Part shown: positions 57,156-64,000 of the stretch, in pieces
Layout: every line of letters begins with the position of its first letter
How positions within the stretch are numbered: the first letter of the stretch is position 1
DNA from: Naegleria gruberi
Lineage: Eukaryota
DNA length: 64,000 nt
Assembly (NCBI GenBank): GCA_000004985.1
Contig: GG738864.1
Reading direction: 5' to 3' (one strand)
Notes under the pieces: generated by a model
Databases searched by the model: none
Seen by the model: the letters and a program-made list of their open reading frames with translations, nothing else
Told to the model about the DNA's origin: nothing
Translations under genes and position numbers: made by a program

Positions 57156-58145
57156 TTATTGGGTCTTGTTGATACACTTCTTACATGCCTCACAATGGCA
57201 TGCACATTTACAATTCCCGAGTTCAATGTTCAATTCTTTGATACCTTCAATCTCTTCAGTTTTCTCTACCAAAGTTGTTTGTAAATTATGAACAACTTCA
57301 GGGTGAGATAGTTGCTTAAAGTAGTTCATAATATCAAGGCACTTTTTCTTCAAGAGCTCAATATCTTTCTTCAAAAATTCATTGTCATGCTTTAAGATTT
57401 CATTATCTTTCTTCAAGAACTCAACATCTTTCTTCAAATTCTCAACGTCCTTCTCCAAAGACTCATTTTGCATTTTAAACATTCCATTATCTCTATTCAA
57501 AGACTCATTGTCTTCTATAACCATAGTTATTAGCTTGTTTTGATTTTGGTACTGCTTATCATGCATGCTCTTAGAGACCTCGTCCTCTTGAACAGATACA
57601 CCAGAACCATCAACAACCTCATTATCCTTTGAACTTGGCATCTTGGTGTTCTCCATATTATCAGCAACAGGAGTTGTTAAATTTCTTACCGAACCACTAA
57701 TAAATTGTTCCAAACTGCTCTCTTCCACACTTCTATTATTCACTTCCACTGACTCCTTAATAAGCTGAACAAGCTTGTTGAAGTATTTTTTCCAAAAAGC
57801 AACAGGGAGACCAAGAAGAGTTTCTCCAAACTTTTTCTCTGTTTCAAAGTGCAACTCAAAAGCCTTCTCAATTTCAACAGAAGAAACATTAGAATGTTCC
57901 TTCTTGAATTTTTGATCCCAGAAATGAAGAACGATACGCCTGGCTACATTCTTGTTGGATTTCATCACCTCTTTCAAAGCCTTGGAGACCTCCTTTTCTG
58001 ATGAAAAATCAAATAACAACTCATTAGAAATAAATAGCATGTGATGAACAATGTCGAAAACAAGCTTACGAAGATCTTTATCTTTGTATTTGCCATTAAT
58101 GACGTTCTTCAAGATAATAATTTGTTCGGTCGTCACTGGTTTCAT
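57156..58145 (-). CDS. hypothetical coiled-coil protein with C-terminal CxCxCHCExCxxC motif (family paralog 2)
   Basis: A 329-aa paralog of 1090..2076. It has a strongly periodic coiled coil (KDVENLKKDVEFLKKDNEILKHDNEFLKKDIELLKKK) and a C-terminal CKCACHCEACKKC. Confidence 0.7.
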   Translation of the reverse strand: MKPVTTEQIIILKNVINGKYKDKDLRKLVFDIVHHMLFISNELLFDFSSEKEVSKALKEVMKSNKNVARRIVLHFWDQKFKKEHSNVSSVEIEKAFELHFETEKKFGETLLGLPVAFWKKYFNKLVQLIKESVEVNNRSVEESSLEQFISGSVRNLTTPVADNMENTKMPSSKDNEVVDGSGVSVQEDEVSKSMHDKQYQNQNKLITMVIEDNESLNRDNGMFKMQNESLEKDVENLKKDVEFLKKDNEILKHDNEFLKKDIELLKKKCLDIMNYFKQLSHPEVVHNLQTTLVEKTEEIEGIKELNIELGNCKCACHCEACKKCINKTQ

Positions 58146-58391
58146 TAGTAAGGTTTGAGTGTTTTTTTTGAGGTTGTTTTTTACCGCCGAAACCTCAATA
58201 CTCAGCTAGCTACCAGAATTAGTTCATCTTGTGCTTGGAGTCTAGCCTTGTTGTTGAAAACAATGAACAAACAAAATTATTGTTTTATCACAAAAGAACC
58301 ATAGCAACTAGTTTACCACTTCATTTCCCACTTCGTTCTATACCATCTTTCAAAATGAATATAAAGAGGTTTCATTCACGTCAAAAAAGTT

Positions 58392-59749
58392 TTATTTACT
58401 CAAGTTAATAGCCTTCAATTCTGAGATAACATAGTCACCACATAAAACAGATGGATACTTTTCAGATTTCCATTCTTCCTTAATTGGACCAATATCTTCA
58501 TCAGCAGCAACGTGTGAGAATAAGGTAGAAGAAACTCTCCACAATGGACGACCAGCTTGCTTTTGTCTTTCAACAGCTTCTAAAGTTTCTGGAATAACAG
58601 CAACTTCATGGTATCCAGACATGATGGTACCACCAGTCAACCATTCCAATTGCTTACCAGCTTGCAATAATAAACAGCCCTTTGGGACTTTAACTTGGAG
58701 CTTTTTACCACTTCTGAGCCAGATGAACAAGCCTGGATATCTAGAAGCAGAGTGAATGGTAATAAAGTTCAAATCAAAGTGGAAACCAGCAAGAACAGTA
58801 CCCAATTCGTTATACTTATTGAGGTCAGAACCAGTTGGAGCAAGTAAATGTCTACCATACTTTAACAAGCTGGTCAATTTATCCTTTTCGAGTCCTAAAC
58901 CTAATGCCAACATTTCACTGACAGTGCCAACTGCATTGACCATATTGTTGGCCCAACTAGTTTCCAATAATTTCAATCATCCATCATCATCAACATATTA
59001 ATTACAATTATTCCGATAACAATTATCAAATTTCCGAAAATTCACATTATTATGTGATGATAGTGTACAATAAATCAATGAATAAATAATTGATTGATAA
59101 TAATATGAAACAAACCTGTCCATCTTTTCCATCCAAATATCCTTGAAAGCTTCTGGGACTACATTTGGTTGATTGAGACCTGGGAACTAATTGTTTGAGG
59201 TTAGAATTTAATAATATTATATAGTAATATTTACCTTAGTTTCTTTTGATTGGGAAAATTAATTAATTAATTAAATAAATTAAAAATTAAAAAAAACTAA
59301 ATATTAATTCCCTAATTTGGTACCTACCTGGATTTTGATTTCCTACTGGATGGAAAAATCTCCATTTAGGGTCTGTTCCCTTGGTTGGACTATCAAATAA
59401 TTAATACTGTCAATTGAGAAACAACTTACGTTGGCTTGCTTTCAATGTCATCTGGTAATGAAGTGGCAATATATTCGGTGTTATCTCTTGGACGTTCAGT
59501 TTTTTCAGGTGTGGCACCAATTTGATAAGACCATTCTGGATGAACGTCTTTCATCTTGACTTCAGTTGGTTGAGCATAATAATCTTCCATCATATCCAAA
59601 AAATCAGAAGCAGTTTCAAAAGTGACTCTAGGGTCTCTAATAATCAATGCAGAAGTTTCACGGAATGATTTATAAATTCTATCAACATCTTCTTGTTTAA
59701 CATTTCCTGAGAGATAGTCAGCAAGATCGACAATTTGAATTTCCTCCAT
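58392..59749 (-). CDS. 2-oxoglutarate/Fe(II)-dependent dioxygenase, about five exons
   Basis: Exon 1 is 59429..59749 (N-terminal DIOX_N-like, MEEIQIVDLADYL..., donor AC|GTAAGT). Exon 2 is 59328..59389 (TPTKGTDPKWRFFHPVGNQNP). A putative 8-nt micro-exon is 59235..59242. Exon 3 is 59116..59186 (FPGLNQPNVVPEAFKDIWMEKMD). Exon 4 is 58392..58956, with the jelly-roll core HFDLNFITI...FIWLRSGKKLQVKVPKGCLLLQAGKQLEWLTGGTIMSGYHEV. Splice phases are self-consistent. The ORF track shows only exons 1 and 4. Confidence 0.7.
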
Positions 59750-60005
59750 TATTATTATTAGTAGTGGGGTGTGAATAGTTGAAAAAAGTGAGCGGTAGTG
59801 TTGTGCGCTTTTTTTTTGTGTTGAAAAATTTATTTAACGGGAGTCTCGTTCGCTTTATGAAAATGTCCATTAGTGGTTGGCTCAGTGTGAGGTGGGTACT
59901 TGTAAGATAATCGATTGATTTTGAAATTTAGTTGACTTGCTCGATTTTCACCATTTCGAGTTGGTTTGGGTGTGTAGTCAACCGTAGGTTATAGTGGTAT
60001 GTTGT

Positions 60006-61115
60006 TTACAATGAATAGTATTCGGTATAATTACAGACACGTTCCTTAATGAGTTCAAAATAGAGAGATTGATTGAGTTTGGTGGCACACCAGATTTTGG
60101 TTAGTGGAGTGGAATCGGTTTCAGATGCATTTTCCACCAGTTCTATAATGCCTTCTTTTGGTTTTTCATCATAGAGTATAACTGGTACCTGTTTCAGTTC
60201 GAATAGTTGAGGATATAATAGAAAAGTTGATGTGCATGTATCGTAGGTGCATGACTCTAAGGAAATTTTGAGGAATTCTCTTCTCAATTTTACAATTGGA
60301 GGGATTTTGTCCAAATCGTCAGTCTTGTTAATCAAGTCAACCAGAATTTTTAGATTTTCTGCATCAATGACGTGTAAATTGGCGACTGATAATTCAAACA
60401 GGTAGACTTTTTCACTCAAATATTCAATTACCATCTTGGCAGCTTTTCCATCACAAAAGAAATTAGTTTCACTTTGATTGACTTCGTTGGCTGGTTCATT
60501 GGTGAAAATGGCACCTCCCATAATAACAATCATTTTAAGTTTTTGCTGGACTATCTTTCTATGGTGTTCATTCACTAATAATCGTGCCAAATTAGTCATT
60601 GGTCCAATACTGAACCATGTGAAATAATTATCAGGTGCACCTTCCATCAATTTAATCATTTCCTCAACATAATTGTCATTTCCAATAATTTCTAAATCAC
60701 CAATAGCATTCAATGGATTCAACTTGGCCAAATCTCCCAACTCATTATGAACCCTCTCAAATTCATAATCCTTATACCATTGTGCTTCGGAGAAACAATG
60801 CCCATTCACAGGATCCATTCTCTCCATAGCTCCAACAAATAACTTGGTTCCCTTCTTTAAAAATCCAGTATCCTGTTGTATTCTCTGAATACATTCGGCT
60901 GCCTTTTCCAAATTCAATGAAAGTCCCTTGACAATACTCACTGCACAAACATTGATGGAATGTGGTCTTCCCAACACGGAAGGAAATGATAAAGTTTGTG
61001 TCGCTGTAAAATTGGTCAGGGCAAATACATCATCAATACCAATATCAGTATCGAAAATGACATGATGATCACCTGCATAATGGGATAAAACACTCAGTGG
61101 GGTTTGTTCTAACAT
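60006..61115 (-). CDS. inosine-uridine-preferring nucleoside hydrolase family protein
   Basis: The N-terminal fingerprint VIFDTDIGIDDVFAL matches DxDxGxDDxxAL of the IUNH family. The protein is 369 aa and globular. Confidence 0.75.
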   Translation of the reverse strand: MLEQTPLSVLSHYAGDHHVIFDTDIGIDDVFALTNFTATQTLSFPSVLGRPHSINVCAVSIVKGLSLNLEKAAECIQRIQQDTGFLKKGTKLFVGAMERMDPVNGHCFSEAQWYKDYEFERVHNELGDLAKLNPLNAIGDLEIIGNDNYVEEMIKLMEGAPDNYFTWFSIGPMTNLARLLVNEHHRKIVQQKLKMIVIMGGAIFTNEPANEVNQSETNFFCDGKAAKMVIEYLSEKVYLFELSVANLHVIDAENLKILVDLINKTDDLDKIPPIVKLRREFLKISLESCTYDTCTSTFLLYPQLFELKQVPVILYDEKPKEGIIELVENASETDSTPLTKIWCATKLNQSLYFELIKERVCNYTEYYSL

Positions 61116-61453
61116 TTTTTTAAATTATTTAATCTGCAATCTGTTACAACAAAGTCATCATATACAATAATCAATTTCTACTCTCCCATTTATCAATATC
61201 TCCACTAGTTAGTTGATAAAGTGAGCACAAAACAGTTCAATCTGTTATGTCTATGAGAGTTGAATAGAGGAAGGCAAAACCGTTAAATTTTTAAAAATTC
61301 CCTCCAAAAAACCAAACATTATTCCGTTACACACCAGAAAATCTTTAAAAAAAAATACACTTAGCACCGCTTGCTGCTGTTGCTCTCAAAGATTGTGTGA
61401 TCATTTTCCATCGCACAAACAAAATAATATCCAAATAATTCATCATCATCACC

Positions 61454-62452
61454 ATGAATATTCCAAGACCTCAACAACAGTCGTCTCTCCTGACTGAATC
61501 ACTTCTCTCCTCTTCGGTTCCTTCCCATCAATATATGAATTCGTCAGTGTTATCCTCCTCCGTGTCGAATAATCTTTCATCTAATTTGATAAAACACACT
61601 CCACATAATCCACTTTTAATGTCCTCTCAAGTTATGAAGACTTATCAAGATGTTTTCAAAGATGAAAAGATTAAGAAACAACAACAAGAACTTGTGGAGA
61701 AGAATGAACAAATTTCCAAACTCGTATCACAAATTGACTCTATGGAAGATCAATACTCTACCGCCCAAACTAAACACGAAAGAGATTTACAAGATTTAGA
61801 GATTAGACTGAGGAAGGAGTATGAAGAAAGAGAAGAGGAATTGAAGAAATCTCACGAAGCAAAGCTTGCTGCATTGAATGAAGAAAGAAAGAACGAATTT
61901 GAAACTAGTCAACAAAAGATTATTGAACAGGAATATCTCATTAAGGATATCCAATCTCAACTCAATTTGACAGACTCTAAGGATATTGTTAAAACTCTCA
62001 CCAAGTTTATTAAAAAGTATAAGAAGGAAAAGGAAGCTAACAAATCTCTGGAAGAAAGAGGTAAACAAATGCTTGCCAATCTTAATGATGTTGTAAAGAA
62101 ATATAAGGAATCAAAGGAGTCTGCAGAAAAGGAATTTGATAAGAAGAATAGAGAAATTGAAGGACAAAAGAAGGAAATTATGACATTGAGAATGGAACTT
62201 GCAGTAGTTCAACGTCAATTGGAATATAATAGAACTCATATGGGTGTTGGATTTGATACTGATACTGAGGATGGTTCTTCATTATTTAATCCAAGCTCTC
62301 CAACTACAAGCGTTTCAAGTTTCAGTGTTAGCAGTCCATCTAAGAGTCCTTCCAAAGCACTGACTCCAAAGAAGATGTTTGGTATGCCTCAAAAGAAAAC
62401 CATTACTCTTTCTCCAAATCCACTCAAGGATATCACCAATTTATCTCACTAG
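61454..62452 (+). CDS. coiled-coil protein with Ser-rich tail, 332 aa
   Basis: Ser/Gln-rich N-terminus, a roughly 200-aa heptad-rich charged coiled coil (EKNEQISKLVSQIDSMEDQY...MTLRMELAVVQRQLEY), and a Ser/Pro-rich C-terminus. Confidence 0.55.
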   Translation: MNIPRPQQQSSLLTESLLSSSVPSHQYMNSSVLSSSVSNNLSSNLIKHTPHNPLLMSSQVMKTYQDVFKDEKIKKQQQELVEKNEQISKLVSQIDSMEDQYSTAQTKHERDLQDLEIRLRKEYEEREEELKKSHEAKLAALNEERKNEFETSQQKIIEQEYLIKDIQSQLNLTDSKDIVKTLTKFIKKYKKEKEANKSLEERGKQMLANLNDVVKKYKESKESAEKEFDKKNREIEGQKKEIMTLRMELAVVQRQLEYNRTHMGVGFDTDTEDGSSLFNPSSPTTSVSSFSVSSPSKSPSKALTPKKMFGMPQKKTITLSPNPLKDITNLSH

Positions 62453-62674
62453 GTCAATGTGTAATAGCAATGTCATGTGTGTGAAACACCTGACAAATGC
62501 TTTACAAATTCTTATAAATTTTATCGATTGTATTAATATTTTGTAATTAAGGTACACCAAACTCTCCAAATCAGGTAATCACTAATTGATTTTTCAATAA
62601 GTGAAACCTTTCTTTCCAAATCCATAATTTTTCATGCTTCACTCCATCACCAATCATCAAAACACTGTTAAAAA

Positions 62675-64000
62675 ATGCACCAATCAACACCCACGAACTC
62701 TCCATCTCTCAACAACCAGCAACACCTCATCAAACCTGTTGTTATTACTGCAGTAATTTTATTACTATTCGCTACCTTTTATTCTCACCAACAAACTATC
62801 ACTGTAAAAATTGACTCTTCCCTTCTTGGCAATAAGATCAATCAAGACATATTCGGAGTCAATTATGCAGAAGAGGCTAATTTGCAAGCTGTTAAATATC
62901 CAGTCAATAGAAAGGGAGGTAATTCTGATACTCGTTTTAATTGGGAACAAAATATTCATAACACTGCTCAGGATTGGTACTATATGAATATTCCAGATAG
63001 TGTTCAGAGCGGGAAAACTCTTCCAGATGGTTCAACAGCAACGGTTTTTGTTGATACTTCTAATAAGTACAGTTCAAAGGCAATGCTGACAGCTAGTTTG
63101 ATTGGTTATACTCCATTGGATGATCGTGTGAAAAAATGGGGATTTTCAGTTGCCAAGTATGGTAATCAATTGGAAACTGAATGTAATGGTAGTAATGGAG
63201 CTAGTTGGTGTATGAGTGATGCTGGTAATGGTAAAATTTCATCAACAACCTACATTACATCAAATAGTCCATCAGATACTTCGAAAACAATAGACGAAAC
63301 ATATGTTAGAAACTGGATTAAATTCATGAAGAGCAGAAATACACCAGTCAAATTCTGGTCACTCGACAATGAAATGGATTTATGGCATTCCACCCACAGA
63401 GATGTCCATCCAAACAAGGTCACCTATGATGAGATGTGGACACTTACTCAAAAATATGCTGCAGCTATTAAGGCAGAAGATTCAACAATTACAACCTTTG
63501 GACCAGCCTCTTGGGGACATTGTGGTTATTATTATTCACCTACTGATGGTTGTTCGAGTGGAAGTGATCGTAAGGCTCACTCTGACATGCCACTCTTGGA
63601 TTATTACTTGTCAAAAGTTTGTGAATATAAGAAGAGTAATGGAGTCTTGCTGGTTGACTATTTGGATGTTCATTACTATCCACAAGCAAGTGGAGTTTAT
63701 GATGTCCATCAAACATCAGACACTAATGCAGAACTTAGATTGAGAACTGTTAAGAGTTTGTATGATTATAATTATGTGGATGAAAGTTGGATTCCTTCTG
63801 CAGAATCGAATGGTCCACTCTCAAGAGTCGCCTTAATTCCAAGAATGAAATCATCCATTGCAAAATATTGTCCACAAATGAAGTTGGCCATCACGGAATA
63901 TAACTTTGGAGCTGACAATATTTGGTCCTCTGCCTTGGCTCAAGTTGAAATTTTGAGTATTTTCGGTAGAGAGGGAGTTGACTTGGCCACACGTTTTACA
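62675..64000 (+). CDS. membrane-anchored TIM-barrel (clan GH-A) glycoside hydrolase, possibly GH44-like; 3' end outside window
   Basis: The frame is open from ATG 62675 to the window end (442 codons), so it is not in the ORF track. There is an N-terminal anchor KPVVITAVILLLFATFY. Motifs: NRKGGNSDTRFNWEQN, WSLDNEMDLW (an NEP-type catalytic acid/base region), DYLDVHYYPQ and ITEYNFGAD (a candidate nucleophile region). ORF 63369..63743 is an out-of-frame artefact inside this gene. Confidence 0.65.
   Translation, partial: MHQSTPTNSPSLNNQQHLIKPVVITAVILLLFATFYSHQQTITVKIDSSLLGNKINQDIFGVNYAEEANLQAVKYPVNRKGGNSDTRFNWEQNIHNTAQDWYYMNIPDSVQSGKTLPDGSTATVFVDTSNKYSSKAMLTASLIGYTPLDDRVKKWGFSVAKYGNQLETECNGSNGASWCMSDAGNGKISSTTYITSNSPSDTSKTIDETYVRNWIKFMKSRNTPVKFWSLDNEMDLWHSTHRDVHPNKVTYDEMWTLTQKYAAAIKAEDSTITTFGPASWGHCGYYYSPTDGCSSGSDRKAHSDMPLLDYYLSKVCEYKKSNGVLLVDYLDVHYYPQASGVYDVHQTSDTNAELRLRTVKSLYDYNYVDESWIPSAESNGPLSRVALIPRMKSSIAKYCPQMKLAITEYNFGADNIWSSALAQVEILSIFGREGVDLATRFT

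Noticed and set aside
63369-63743. 124-aa plus-strand ORF and 62765..62959 minus-strand ORF
   Set aside because: Both lie inside the glycoside-hydrolase CDS (62675..64000), which runs in a different frame. The GH frame carries the conserved motifs.
1-64000. Prokaryotic interpretation (operons, a defence island, a CRISPR or phage region), as implied by the prompt's hint about a novel system
   Set aside because: The sequence has spliceosomal introns with GTAAGT donors. Proteins carry poly-N/Q/S tracts, and genes include eukaryote-only families such as ARPC4, Rho with a CAAX box, F-box, Kelch, BTB, RGS and a eukaryotic-type 5S rRNA. There are no Shine-Dalgarno-spaced operons and no CRISPR repeats. 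The window is eukaryotic nuclear DNA, so the novelty was sought in gene architectures instead.

Overview
This 64-kb window is AT-rich eukaryotic nuclear DNA, not prokaryotic. Coding GC is about 35-40% and intergenic regions are much lower. Genes are densely packed on both strands, proteins carry poly-N/Q/S/T low-complexity runs, stops are TAA/TGA/TAG, and introns are short and AT-rich with GTAAGT/GTATGT donors and (Y)AG acceptors. The 5S rRNA is dictyostelid-like. Together this points to a social-amoeba-like (Dictyostelia-like) amoebozoan. Species cannot be assigned from the sequence alone.

I can support about 33 protein-coding genes and two identical dispersed 5S rRNA genes. Several genes are interrupted by very short introns of 40-60 nt, so the six-frame ORF track fragments or mis-starts them.

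The most interesting content, in rough order:
- A single-exon 4953-aa RNF213 (mysterin)-like giant E3 ligase/AAA+ ATPase with tandem Walker A/B modules, a RING-like finger and an RZ-type zinc finger.
- A Kelch-repeat/F-box protein fused to an atypical Rho-family GTPase (DTAGPE in place of DTAGQE), rebuilt across four micro-introns.
- A plant-type 7TM-RGS protein.
- Two identical 5S rRNA genes dispersed among Pol II genes.
- An intact stand-alone ORF encoding only the C-terminal OB-fold region of an ATP-dependent DNA ligase, lying between roughly 300-bp direct repeats.
- A duplicated two-gene module: paralogous coiled-coil/C-terminal Cys-motif proteins, each beside an F-box-like/LRR gene, 55 kb apart.
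- Unusual domain fusions: RING/TRAF finger + BTB + pentapeptide repeats + TLDc; and an F-box-like/NTase-like N-terminus fused to an SDR.

All calls rest on motif recognition by eye. No database search was possible. Exon boundaries are inferred from reading frame, donor/acceptor consensus and fit to known family sequences.
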